From positions 161,802-225,801 of the forward strand of contig JAYZEP010000006.1 in NCBI GenBank assembly GCA_036337225.1: a DNA stretch of 64,000 bases, given 5' to 3'. Made by a program: the position numbers and the translations under genes. This DNA comes from Thermodesulfobacteriota bacterium (GTDB lineage: Bacteria > Desulfobacterota_D > UBA1144). Position 1 is the stretch's first letter, and every line of letters starts with the position of its first letter. The notes under the pieces are model-generated. The model saw only the letters and a program-made list of their open reading frames with translations. It did no database searches and was not told where the DNA came from. This document shows, one piece after another, positions 49,897-59,072 of the stretch.

Positions 49897-50675
49897 GTTT
49901 TTATTTCTCCGCTATTAATTAGCTCTAAACCATTATCAGTTTGCAAAATCAATTCACCACGTGAGCTAATATCGTGCGCAATGCCAGTTACAAGTTTGTT
50001 TTGATTAACTACGGTTATTTCTTTACCAATATCAGACCAATTGTTCTTCCAAAATTCTAAAATAGCGTGGTAATTACTTTTTTTATACTCCAAAATCCAT
50101 TTAGAAAAATTGTTTAACAAATCAAAAAGCACATCCTCAAGATTAAAATGATTTCCGGTTTCCATTTTTAAACTCGTGGGTTTGATGATGTAATCAACAT
50201 TCTCTTGCACAAAATCGTCATTATCAAGATTTATATTAATACCAATTCCTACAACAATAAAATTAGAGCGCCCTTTAACAAAACTAGATTCGCAAAGAAT
50301 ACCTGAGATCTTCTTTGAGTTTACCAAGATATCATTTGGCCATTTTATCTTCGAACTTAAACCAAAAGAATCTAGCGTCTCTATAATAGCATTAGCTGAC
50401 AAGAGAGGAACGAAACTTATTGAATCACTCTTTTCGGGATAATTAATCATGATGGACGTTATGATGCTTTTATCTTTTACCGAATGCCAAGGACGCTTAT
50501 TCCGCCCTCTTCCATCAAGTTGTTCTTTTGTAAGAATGACGGTACCTTCCTCCTTGGCTTTAAGTGATAACCCATAGCTGTTGGTAGAATCTACTGAATT
50601 AAGAAAAATGAAATCTTTGATGAAATCTCTAGAGTACGTTCCCACGCGGATTTTATCTTTTAAATTTGCATACAT
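49893..50675 (-). CDS. birA: biotin-[acetyl-CoA-carboxylase] ligase (no N-terminal HTH domain)
   Basis: 260 aa. GRGRNKRPWHS biotin-binding loop and KWPNDIL. Too short to contain the repressor wHTH domain. Confidence 0.88.
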   Translation of the reverse strand: MYANLKDKIRVGTYSRDFIKDFIFLNSVDSTNSYGLSLKAKEEGTVILTKEQLDGRGRNKRPWHSVKDKSIITSIMINYPEKSDSISFVPLLSANAIIETLDSFGLSSKIKWPNDILVNSKKISGILCESSFVKGRSNFIVVGIGININLDNDDFVQENVDYIIKPTSLKMETGNHFNLEDVLFDLLNNFSKWILEYKKSNYHAILEFWKNNWSDIGKEITVVNQNKLVTGIAHDISSRGELILQTDNGLELINSGEIKT

Positions 50676-51788
50676 TTAAACACCTAGCGTCTCATAGTTT
50701 TGATGATCACCAATAATTAAGGAAATCACAGCTAAAGCTATGGTGGCACATAAAAGAGATGAGCCACCGTAGCTAAACATGACCATGGGGATACCCACTA
50801 TTGGAAATAAACCTATTGTCATACAAACATTTATTGCAAAATGGAAAAAGAAATATGAGCACATCCCAAAAAGCAAAACTTGTAAAAATTGATCATTAAT
50901 CTTATTTAAAAAAGAAAGAGGATAAATTACGAGAAACGCAAACAAAGCAAGAAGAATCGTAGAACCTAAAAGACCTGTTTGTTCCGCCCATACTGAAAAG
51001 GCAAAGTCGGTATGCTTCTCAGGAAGGAATTTAAATTTTCCTTGCGAGCTTTTCCCCAGGCCTTTACCAAAAATCTTACCGGATCCAATCGCAATTTTAG
51101 ATTGAATGGCATTATAACCATGTCCTGATGGATCTCCTTCTGGATCGACAAAATTAATTATTCTTTCCTTTTGATAATCTTCCAACGCATAGTTCCATAT
51201 AGGAACGGCAGAAAGTCCAAAGAATAAGGCAACAGCTAGTAAGATTTTCTGGTTGTATGAAAAACTAAATATTACTGAAAGAGCAACAATAAGTAGCATG
51301 AATCCTGACCCAAGATCTGGTTGCATTACTATTAATAGAAATGGTAATACAAAAAAACCAAGTCCCAAGATATATTTAATAATATAGGATTTCGAATATG
51401 ATCCCAGTTCAGAATAAAATTTTGCGATTATAAAAACTAAAGCAATCTTTGCGAATTCTGAAGGTTGAAATGATAATAGGCCACCGATTTGAATCCAACT
51501 CTTAGATCCAGAAACCCTCTCTCCAATTAATAGTACTAATATGAGCAACATCAAAGATAAAATATATATGGGCACAGATATGTCCTTCAGGATACGTAAG
51601 CGTAGCGTTCGAATTACAAGGCTTCCTAAAATGGCAATAAAAATCCAAATTAACTGCTTAAATGAATAAGAGCTCAAAAAATCTACCTCTTCAAGAAACA
51701 GAAGATTAATAAAACTCAAGAACATGATGGAGAGACCGGCAAGGATAATTTTATACTCAGGCTTTCTCGCCAATTGTAGAAAAGACAT
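50676..51788 (-). CDS. rodA: SEDS peptidoglycan glycosyltransferase RodA
   Basis: 370-aa polytopic SEDS protein (..PSEFAKI.., PEKHTDFAF) directly after PBP2. Confidence 0.9.
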   Translation of the reverse strand: MSFLQLARKPEYKIILAGLSIMFLSFINLLFLEEVDFLSSYSFKQLIWIFIAILGSLVIRTLRLRILKDISVPIYILSLMLLILVLLIGERVSGSKSWIQIGGLLSFQPSEFAKIALVFIIAKFYSELGSYSKSYIIKYILGLGFFVLPFLLIVMQPDLGSGFMLLIVALSVIFSFSYNQKILLAVALFFGLSAVPIWNYALEDYQKERIINFVDPEGDPSGHGYNAIQSKIAIGSGKIFGKGLGKSSQGKFKFLPEKHTDFAFSVWAEQTGLLGSTILLALFAFLVIYPLSFLNKINDQFLQVLLFGMCSYFFFHFAINVCMTIGLFPIVGIPMVMFSYGGSSLLCATIALAVISLIIGDHQNYETLGV

Positions 51789-51790
51789 CT

Positions 51791-53545
51791 TTAAATATCC
51801 TCCTGAAGATAATTTTTTTTGTAATACGTAACAATTTTCTTTATTATTGGACCACCGGCCGCTCCGCCTGAGGATCCATGTTCTGCAAAGACAGAGATAA
51901 CAATTTGGGGATTATCATAGGGATAATAAGCCGTAAACCATCCATGGTTTTTATACTTCCCACGTCCATAGCTACGAGCATCTTTCGAAATTACTTGCGC
52001 AGTTCCGGTTTTACCAGCCAGTTTACCATCATCTCTTGCAAAAAATCCCGTTCCTTTCTCGTTATTTATAACACCGAGTAATCCCTCTTGTACAATTTGT
52101 AAAGTAGGCTCGCTAATTTTTAAATTTCCATGAACCGGTTTTTTGTCCGATTTCACCACAGATAGTTGTGGTATTTTTCCACCTGATGCAACTATTGATG
52201 TCATTATTGATGCCTGAGCAACATTGACAGTCAAATAACCTTGACCAATTGCTACGTTAGCCATATCTCCGGGATACCACTTCCCATTTAAATATTTTTT
52301 TATAAATTTTTCGCTAGGAATCACCCCAGGATTTTGGGGGAAAGGAAGGTCGCTGGTATACCCAAATTGAAATTTGTCTAACCATTTAGCATATTTCTTA
52401 ATTCCTAATTTTAAGCCCACTTTATAAAAGAAAACATCGCTAGAAACAACAAGGGCCTGCTTTGTATTAATTGTTCCGTGTCCGCCTTGTAACCAATCCC
52501 TAAATTTTCTTCCACCTATACGAATATATCCTGGGCAATAAAGTTTGGTATCTGCATCTATTACATTTTCCTCAAGTGCTGCTATAGCCGTGACGATCTT
52601 TATTATTGACCCAGGAGGGGAAGAGGCAAGAAATGCCCTATCGAGGAATGGTCTCGATTTGTCTTTACTTAATTGGTTCCAATCTTTTGTAGAAATTGGT
52701 TTAGAAAATAGATTAGGATCAAAGGACGGCTTACTAATTAGGGCTAAAATTTCTCCCGTATTAATATCATGGACCATAGCCGCACCATTTAGTTTGCCAA
52801 ACGAGTCAAAAATCAATTTTTCTAATTCAATGTCGATTGTAAGGCTAAGGGTTTTCCCTTTTTGAGTTGTCGTAGTTCTTTTCTCAAATTCAGCATCCAA
52901 GCCTGCTGCTTCTTTTCCTGAACTATCGACTAAGAAATATCTGCTTCCTACACCACCCTGAAGACTATTATCAAATTTTTTCTCTAATCCGGATACACCC
53001 GAGCGGTTAGCCAAGAAAGAGCCATACAATAAGTCTCTCTTGTCATTAGTCGTTAGGTACCCTATTTTATGAGCTCCGACTTGCCCATAAGGATATACCC
53101 TCAAATAGTCAACCACCAGCTCTAATGAGCTGAATCTCGCTAGTGCGTTTTCTATCTGGTAGATCTGATTAATATCCAAGTCGCTTTTAATTAATATTCG
53201 TTTTGATAAATATGCAGAATCTTTTACATTGATTTTATTTAAAGCTTTGTCATCTAGATTAAGGGCAGAGCGCAGAATCTTTTTTATATCTTCTAGCTTT
53301 TCTCTTGTATTCAGTTTTAAATAAAGATTAACCACTGGCTTACTAAGGGCAATTTGTCTACCAAATCTATCTTGAATCTCACCTCTAGGAGCAGGCACTA
53401 TTACCTCTTTAAGAAAATTATGTTCAGATATCGATAAATATTTCTCCCCGACCCAAACTTGCAGATAGAATAATCTCAAAAATATAAATAGGATAATAGC
53501 GGATACCGCTATGATTGAGAAGGTGGTTCTGGATAACTTGGCCAT
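51791..53545 (-). CDS. mrdA: penicillin-binding protein 2 (elongasome transpeptidase)
   Basis: 584 aa. N-terminal anchor, SxxK (GSIIK), SSD, and KTGTAQ motifs. Confidence 0.92.
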   Translation of the reverse strand: MAKLSRTTFSIIAVSAIILFIFLRLFYLQVWVGEKYLSISEHNFLKEVIVPAPRGEIQDRFGRQIALSKPVVNLYLKLNTREKLEDIKKILRSALNLDDKALNKINVKDSAYLSKRILIKSDLDINQIYQIENALARFSSLELVVDYLRVYPYGQVGAHKIGYLTTNDKRDLLYGSFLANRSGVSGLEKKFDNSLQGGVGSRYFLVDSSGKEAAGLDAEFEKRTTTTQKGKTLSLTIDIELEKLIFDSFGKLNGAAMVHDINTGEILALISKPSFDPNLFSKPISTKDWNQLSKDKSRPFLDRAFLASSPPGSIIKIVTAIAALEENVIDADTKLYCPGYIRIGGRKFRDWLQGGHGTINTKQALVVSSDVFFYKVGLKLGIKKYAKWLDKFQFGYTSDLPFPQNPGVIPSEKFIKKYLNGKWYPGDMANVAIGQGYLTVNVAQASIMTSIVASGGKIPQLSVVKSDKKPVHGNLKISEPTLQIVQEGLLGVINNEKGTGFFARDDGKLAGKTGTAQVISKDARSYGRGKYKNHGWFTAYYPYDNPQIVISVFAEHGSSGGAAGGPIIKKIVTYYKKNYLQEDI

Positions 53546-54012
53546 GAAGTATATTTAATCATAAATAGTAAAATAATTGAAATAATAGCATTATAAATGA
53601 AAGGCAAGCCGATCAACACTAAGTAATCGAGTAGCGCCACATGAAAAATGACTTTATAAAGAAATAAAGTAATTACGAAATAAACCAGCAAGATAGATAA
53701 GGTTAAGATAATATCTTTTAGTACTGCCTCCCAATAGTATTTATTTATAAAATAAGCCGACAAAATAAAAACTAAAATCTTTGAAAAAAAGTCAATATAA
53801 CCAGCTTCGTCAGAGAGTACGAGATAAAAAATCCCTACCAACAAAGCTACCAAAACCCTACTAAAATTTGTACCAATTATAAGAAACAAAATAATTAAAA
53901 TCAAAGAGGGGTCAACAACCCCTCGAAAATCTATAGAATTCGAATGTGGATAGATGGGTAAGAATATAAAGAAAAAAATCAATATTTTGTGGAAATAATT
54001 AATTTTTTTCAT
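53509..54012 (-). CDS. mreD: rod shape-determining protein MreD
   Basis: 167-aa polytopic membrane protein between mreC and mrdA. The call is mainly positional. Confidence 0.7.
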   Translation of the reverse strand: MKKINYFHKILIFFFIFLPIYPHSNSIDFRGVVDPSLILIILFLIIGTNFSRVLVALLVGIFYLVLSDEAGYIDFFSKILVFILSAYFINKYYWEAVLKDIILTLSILLVYFVITLFLYKVIFHVALLDYLVLIGLPFIYNAIISIILLFMIKYTSWPSYPEPPSQS

Positions 54013-54730
54013 TTTTTACAATTGACACAAATTTAGCCGTCTTAGGGTCTAATAAATTGCTAACTTTTACTTGTAAGAAGCCCGAGTGCGTTTTGATTTC
54101 AGAGACTTTTCCTATTTGAAAATTAATGTAATCAGGACTAGTATTGTCAGCTAAGTAGACAGAATCTCCAATTTCTATTTTCGATTCATCCGGAATATAT
54201 TTAACGTAGGAAGCAACTCCATCACCTTTTAGGATTCCCGAGGTTCTCTTATCTCCAATAAAAACTAAAAGATTAAATTTTGGATTATGTGGAAAAATAA
54301 TTTCTGAGTAGTCACCGTAAACATTTTCAACCTTTCCAACCAGGCCTCCACCACTTATTACAATTAAATTCTCCCTAACCCCATTATTTTTTCCTTTGTT
54401 AACATATGCGGTAGCTGAAAATATTATTGGAGACTGGATAACAACTTCTCCGTTAATCAAAGAAAATTTGCTTTCCTTTTGCAACTGAAGGAGTTCTCTT
54501 AATTCTTTATTTTCATTCGCAATAGATTCATAGATTTTTGAATCTGATTCTAGATTGTTAACCTTGCTAACCAAGGACGAATGTGGGGATGCTATAGAAT
54601 TTTGATATGTAAGTTTTGATATTAATAAATCAGAAAAATAAAAATTAAAATTTAGTACAAAGAAAATTATTACTACTACGGAAACTAAAACTATTAGGGA
54701 TATCTTTTTTATGTTTTTTCGCGAGATCAT
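53999..54730 (-). CDS. mreC: rod shape-determining protein MreC
   Basis: 243 aa. N-terminal anchor, coiled-coil (ENKELRELLQLQ), then beta-rich domain with GGLVGKVENV. Confidence 0.85.
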   Translation of the reverse strand: MISRKNIKKISLIVLVSVVVIIFFVLNFNFYFSDLLISKLTYQNSIASPHSSLVSKVNNLESDSKIYESIANENKELRELLQLQKESKFSLINGEVVIQSPIIFSATAYVNKGKNNGVRENLIVISGGGLVGKVENVYGDYSEIIFPHNPKFNLLVFIGDKRTSGILKGDGVASYVKYIPDESKIEIGDSVYLADNTSPDYINFQIGKVSEIKTHSGFLQVKVSNLLDPKTAKFVSIVKNEKN

Positions 54731-54735
54731 TAAAA

Positions 54736-55797
54736 TTAGATCGAGATTCTTCTTAAAGTATTAATTTCCTCCAAAGCTCTGCCGCACCCTCTGACAACAC
54801 ACAACAATGGTTCCTCTGCTACAACAACTTTTAATTGAGTTGCTTTTGAAATTCGCTCAGAAAGACCGCCAAGAAGTGCTCCACCACCAGCAAGCACAAT
54901 ACCGTCAATCATGATATCTCCAGCCAGTTCTGGCGGAGTAACATCGAGAGTCTCCCTAATAACGTTAATAATTTCAGTAACCGATTCCTCAAGCGCCTTC
55001 TTGGTATCACTTGCAGTTAATGTCAAAGATTTGGGCAATCCAGTTTCCAAATTTCTTCCTCTAATTGACATTTTTAGGCTCTCACTTGGAACTTCTCTCA
55101 CGTCAGCTACATTTTGTTTAACGGACTCGGCCATATTCTCCCCAATCAATATATTGTATGTTCTTCGTACATAATCAATTATCGCAGTATTCAGAGAATC
55201 ACCGGCTGTTTTAATTGATCTGCTGTGTACAATGCCACCAAGGGATATAACCGATATTCCTGTTGTACCACCACCAATATCCACGACCATTCCGCCTTTG
55301 GATTCATCAACACAACTCATCTCGGCTCCATATGCAGCTGCCATAGTTTCTTCTATTAAATAAACTTCTCTCGCTCCAGCAGATTCTGCAGCTTCAACAA
55401 CGGCTCTTTTTTCAACCGGCGTGATTCCAATAGGAACGGAAACAACTACTCTCGGTCTAACAAGAAAATTATTCTTGTGATATCTAGCTATAAAATGCTC
55501 GAGCATTTTTTGAGTGACTTCAAAGTCAGCTATTACACCATCTTTCAAGGGTCTGATGGCGTCTATCTTACCGTGGGTCTTGCCAATCATTGCCTTTGCT
55601 TCATTTCCCACCGCAAGAACTGTCTTCTCACCAGCTTTATCAGTCTGCACTGCTACAACCGAAGGTTCATTTGCAACAATGCCTTGATTTTTTACATAAA
55701 CAACGATATTAGCTGTTCCCAAATCGAGTCCAATATCGATAGAGAAATAGTTCGCTATCTTGTCCCAAATCGAATAGGCTTTAGCAGGATGTGGCAT
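54736..55797 (-). CDS. mreB: rod shape-determining actin homologue MreB
   Basis: 353 aa. IGLDLGTANIVVY, VVDIGGGTT, and LAGGGALL. Confidence 0.96.
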   Translation of the reverse strand: MPHPAKAYSIWDKIANYFSIDIGLDLGTANIVVYVKNQGIVANEPSVVAVQTDKAGEKTVLAVGNEAKAMIGKTHGKIDAIRPLKDGVIADFEVTQKMLEHFIARYHKNNFLVRPRVVVSVPIGITPVEKRAVVEAAESAGAREVYLIEETMAAAYGAEMSCVDESKGGMVVDIGGGTTGISVISLGGIVHSRSIKTAGDSLNTAIIDYVRRTYNILIGENMAESVKQNVADVREVPSESLKMSIRGRNLETGLPKSLTLTASDTKKALEESVTEIINVIRETLDVTPPELAGDIMIDGIVLAGGGALLGGLSERISKATQLKVVVAEEPLLCVVRGCGRALEEINTLRRISI

Positions 55798-55812
55798 TTA
55801 TTCTATTATGAT

Positions 55813-55835
55813 TAAAAAAAAAGATTTTTCAATCT
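55813..55835 (-). terminator. weak intrinsic-terminator-like hairpin plus T-run
   Basis: The minus strand reads AGATT-GAAA-AATCT followed by T9, starting 2 nt after the stop of the 491-aa gene and 16 nt before the mreB ATG. The stem is only 5 bp with one G:C pair. Confidence 0.3.
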
Positions 55836-55837
55836 AT

Positions 55838-57313
55838 TCACTTGGGTCTCTTTGCGCTACCAATTTGGATTTTTGCATAAACAAAACTTATTTGGTCTAC
55901 ACCAGGTAGATTAATTGCCCTAAAGGTCTTTTCTTGTCCAGGCATGATTATATCGTTAATCACTATATCGTATTCTTTTATTAAATTATCTTTTTGATCG
56001 AATAGCTCAATACTTACTTCAATATCGGATATTTCAACATCGTCCCTATTGAAAATTTTTATTGAGCCAAAGTTTTGTATATCGTAATCAATGATAATCA
56101 AACCGCTACCTGGCTCGAAGACTTCTTTAGGAGTACGCTGTTTAGATTGATAAGATGGCTTCTTTTTTGCTTTCTCTACGGTTTTTACATAACCAATCAT
56201 ATTTGCATTTGTGACACGTATTTCCAAATTTGTAACATCAAAGTCTACATAGCCTATTGGGACATTTAAAAATAATTTTTCTTTATATGGGTCAATATAA
56301 TCATTAATTCGAACTTTTCTACTTATCAGCGTGGTACCACGGGGAGTTTTGAAATCTAAAACTATTTCTACACTATCGTACTTAAAACGACTACCATTGG
56401 AAATCTCAACGTTGATATTGCCTATAGTGTGTTTGGCGCTATTGGCCCAAGAGTAGTTTTGTATTTTAAGATCCCTACTGGGAACAGGAGGGTCGTCAAT
56501 ATCGATATCAAGCAAAGTTTCATCTACATATTTTCTATCTCCTCCCGCGACTAAGTATTCTTTAGAGCTTAGCAAGTCTCCAGATTCCACACTCAAAGAA
56601 ATATTTGTAAATTGTTCTGTTGGTAGACCAGGGACTTGAAAATGCTTGAAAGTCTTGCTTTGTCCTGGAGCAATAGGTTCTTTGATTAGAAATTTCTTGG
56701 AAGCAATTATATTTTGTTTGGGATCCATAAAATCTATGCGATATTGAACATTGCCGTAATAATTTTTACTCTTATTTTTTATTTCTAATGTCTCAACAAT
56801 AATTATTTTTGCAACGGAATCATCAATTATATAGTCAAAATCTAAGATTTTAATAGAGTCCACGGCTTCAAAAGAAAAGATTCGTGAGTCATATGATATT
56901 TCAGCAGATCGAATACTAATCTCAGTTTTTGTGGGTTGAAAGGGGAGTATAGGGGTGGTGACGCTGTTAAATTTTTTTGTCTCATTTGCCGAAATCAAAT
57001 CGTTTAGCGGTATAAAGAAAGTCGTCAGGGCCCCTTTTCCATCATATATGTAAACTTCTATATTTATATTTTTAAATCCAAGTATTGAGGTGTTTTTTAT
57101 TTCGACAAACTTAAATTCACCTAGCGCGCCCGTACTTTTATTTAGCCACGCAAAATCCACAACTTTCAGATTGGACAAATCGGCTTTGTTGATATTTCTT
57201 CTAATTTCTAATTCTTTTACTTTGTCACTTCTTTCATCACATATGACATTTAAGGGAGAAATGATAGAAAGAACGAAAAAGAGAATCGATATTATTCTAT
57301 TGAATTCCTTCAT
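55838..57313 (-). CDS. secreted or membrane-anchored protein built from four tandem roughly 90-aa beta-rich modules
   Basis: 491 aa. N-terminal hydrophobic anchor (IISILFFVLSIISPL). Four modules (about aa 48-140, 153-245, 281-372, 404-487) share LK[IV]xD[FY]..; [IV]E[IV].N.S; [IV]E[IV]..[FY]D..[GK]; P[GA].[EQS]K[TK]F. They resemble FxLYD/DUF3426-like Ig-type domains, but this is not verified. Confidence 0.75.
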   Translation of the reverse strand: MKEFNRIISILFFVLSIISPLNVICDERSDKVKELEIRRNINKADLSNLKVVDFAWLNKSTGALGEFKFVEIKNTSILGFKNINIEVYIYDGKGALTTFFIPLNDLISANETKKFNSVTTPILPFQPTKTEISIRSAEISYDSRIFSFEAVDSIKILDFDYIIDDSVAKIIIVETLEIKNKSKNYYGNVQYRIDFMDPKQNIIASKKFLIKEPIAPGQSKTFKHFQVPGLPTEQFTNISLSVESGDLLSSKEYLVAGGDRKYVDETLLDIDIDDPPVPSRDLKIQNYSWANSAKHTIGNINVEISNGSRFKYDSVEIVLDFKTPRGTTLISRKVRINDYIDPYKEKLFLNVPIGYVDFDVTNLEIRVTNANMIGYVKTVEKAKKKPSYQSKQRTPKEVFEPGSGLIIIDYDIQNFGSIKIFNRDDVEISDIEVSIELFDQKDNLIKEYDIVINDIIMPGQEKTFRAINLPGVDQISFVYAKIQIGSAKRPK

Positions 57314-57376
57314 TTTATTTTGTTAAAGAATAATATCTGATAAACTTTATCTTGTAATCAAATAATTGAGAAACAT

Positions 57377-57673
57377 ATGCCGAAGTACATACTTTTATCA
57401 TCTCTAACACCCGAGGGAAGAAAAACCCTCAAGGAGCGCCCTCACAGGATTAGGGAGGTCGATAAAGAAATTGAAGCTATGGGTATTAAAGTCTTGAATC
57501 AATTTGCAACATTAGGTTCTTTTGATTTTGTAAATATTGTCGAAGCACCTGATAATGACGCGATAAGTAAATTATCAATTGAGCTCACATCAAGAGGAAC
57601 AATACAAATTACAACTTTACCTGCAATTGATATCGACTCCTTCATTAAACATCTAAAAATAAAAAATGATTAG
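57377..57673 (+). CDS. GYD-domain protein
   Basis: 98 aa. MPKYILLSSLTPEG..., LGSFDFVNIVEAPDNDA... matches the GYD family layout. Confidence 0.8.
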   Translation: MPKYILLSSLTPEGRKTLKERPHRIREVDKEIEAMGIKVLNQFATLGSFDFVNIVEAPDNDAISKLSIELTSRGTIQITTLPAIDIDSFIKHLKIKND

Positions 57674-57833
57674 GATATTTAAGAGGCTATTAAGTAAAAC
57701 CAAAGAACAATCCGTAAATGTTCCGGGATATAAGGCAAAAAAAGTTCTGAAGATATATCTATATATTGCTGCTATTGGAATTTTTGTGCCTATAATTTAT
57801 TTATTATTTATTTTAGTCTTTAATAATATTTGA
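57666..57833 (+). CDS. candidate 55-aa single-pass membrane peptide
   Basis: Hand-translated as MIRIFKRLLSKTKEQSVNVPGYKAKKVLKIYLYIAAIGIFVPIIYLLFILVFNNI*. The ATG overlaps the GYD stop by 8 nt and the TGA overlaps the next gene's ATG (TGATG). There is no SD, and very AT-rich sequence can give chance ORFs. Confidence 0.35.
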   Translation: MIRIFKRLLSKTKEQSVNVPGYKAKKVLKIYLYIAAIGIFVPIIYLLFILVFNNI

Positions 57834-58456
57834 TGCTAAACATTACTCTTAATATATCTTCACAAAAATGGCTTATTGTAGGCGGAGGACAAGTTGCGAC
57901 TAGGAGAACAAAAAAGATATTAGCAGCCAACGGTATAGTTAAAGTCGTATCCCCTGTTGTAAGCAAAGAGTTAGAGAGGATAGGAAAGAGAAGCAAAAAG
58001 ATAAAGATACTTGCACGAGCATATAAGTACGCAGATTTACGAGGTGTGAATTTTGTTATCGCATGCACCAACGATAAAGAGGTAAATAAAAAGATTGTTA
58101 CCGACGCAAGAAAAATGAAAATTTTTGTGTCCAATGCCTCGGATAATCAAGATAGTGATTTTTCTTTTACTTCAAACTTCAAACTTAACAAAGATGTTGA
58201 AATTAATTTTAGTACTGGTGGGAAATCCCCATTCTTTAGCAAAGTAGTAGGAATTCTTTTTGAAAAAAATTTAAAAAAAGATTTACTAAAATTATACAAG
58301 TTCCTAAAAGATGTTAGAAAGTCCAATCTTGATTATCAAGAACTTGCAAGCAAAATCATTGATTCTGGACTATTAAGAAAGTTTGAATATACTAACGAGA
58401 AAAATATTGACAAAATCATCGAAAGGTTAAACAGGAAAAAAACTACTCATGAGTAG
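57833..58456 (+). CDS. precorrin-2 dehydrogenase / sirohydrochlorin ferrochelatase (CysG N-terminal / SirC / Met8-like)
   Basis: About 207 aa. Rossmann motif WLIVGGGQVATRR, then ..FVIACTNDKEVNKKI.. and ..NFSTGGKSPFFSK.., as in the siroheme synthase N-domain. Confidence 0.8.
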   Translation: MLNITLNISSQKWLIVGGGQVATRRTKKILAANGIVKVVSPVVSKELERIGKRSKKIKILARAYKYADLRGVNFVIACTNDKEVNKKIVTDARKMKIFVSNASDNQDSDFSFTSNFKLNKDVEINFSTGGKSPFFSKVVGILFEKNLKKDLLKLYKFLKDVRKSNLDYQELASKIIDSGLLRKFEYTNEKNIDKIIERLNRKKTTHE

Positions 58457-59021
58457 AGTTGATACAAGTAAATTTCATAAAGGATTACGAATTTTATACG
58501 AAAATGAGCTATGGGAGATAGTAGAGTCTCATCACAGAGTTATGCAGCAAAGAAGTCCCATTGTAAAAACAAAGCTAAAAAATATAATCAGCGGGTATAT
58601 GCAAGAAAAGAGTTTTAGATCGGGGGATACTTTTGAACTTCCAGATCTAGTTAAAAAAGATTCCCAGTTTTTATACTCAGATTCTGATACATTAACTTTT
58701 ATGGATTTGACGGATTTCGAGCAGTATCAATTAAGCAATAAAATCCTAGGAGAAAAATTGTATTTTTTAAAACAAGAACAAAATGTCCAACTACTCCACT
58801 ACAACGGAGCTCCTATTGATATCGAGCTGCCAACTGCTGTTGAACTGAAAGTATCTAATACCGAGCCCGGCATAAAGGGTGATACGGTAACTGGGGGCAG
58901 CAAGCCTGCGGAATTAGAAACAGGCATGAAATTATCCGTACCTCTCTTTATTAATACAGATGATTTAATTAAGGTCGATACAAGAGATGGTAAGTATCTC
59001 GAAAGAGTAAGAAAAGCCTAG
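58449..59021 (+). CDS. efp: elongation factor P with non-canonical tip loop
   Basis: 190 aa, three-domain length. The C-terminal EPGIKGDTVTGGSKPAELETG..VPLFI..VDTRDGKYLERV is canonical EF-P. The loop normally reading KPGKG reads RVMQQRS. Confidence 0.9.
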   Translation: MSRVDTSKFHKGLRILYENELWEIVESHHRVMQQRSPIVKTKLKNIISGYMQEKSFRSGDTFELPDLVKKDSQFLYSDSDTLTFMDLTDFEQYQLSNKILGEKLYFLKQEQNVQLLHYNGAPIDIELPTAVELKVSNTEPGIKGDTVTGGSKPAELETGMKLSVPLFINTDDLIKVDTRDGKYLERVRKA

Positions 59022-59072
59022 AGCTTCATTGATTTACGTAGTTTTTGCGTAGTAATGTTTTATAATTAATTT

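Noticed and set aside
57674-57832. Possible riboswitch or leader RNA upstream of the SirC-like gene and efp, as an alternative to the 55-aa ORF.
   Set aside because: I could find no extended complementary segments or known aptamer core motifs. The region is an uninterrupted ORF with a plausible TM helix whose ends overlap both neighbours. The ORF is kept as a low-confidence feature instead.
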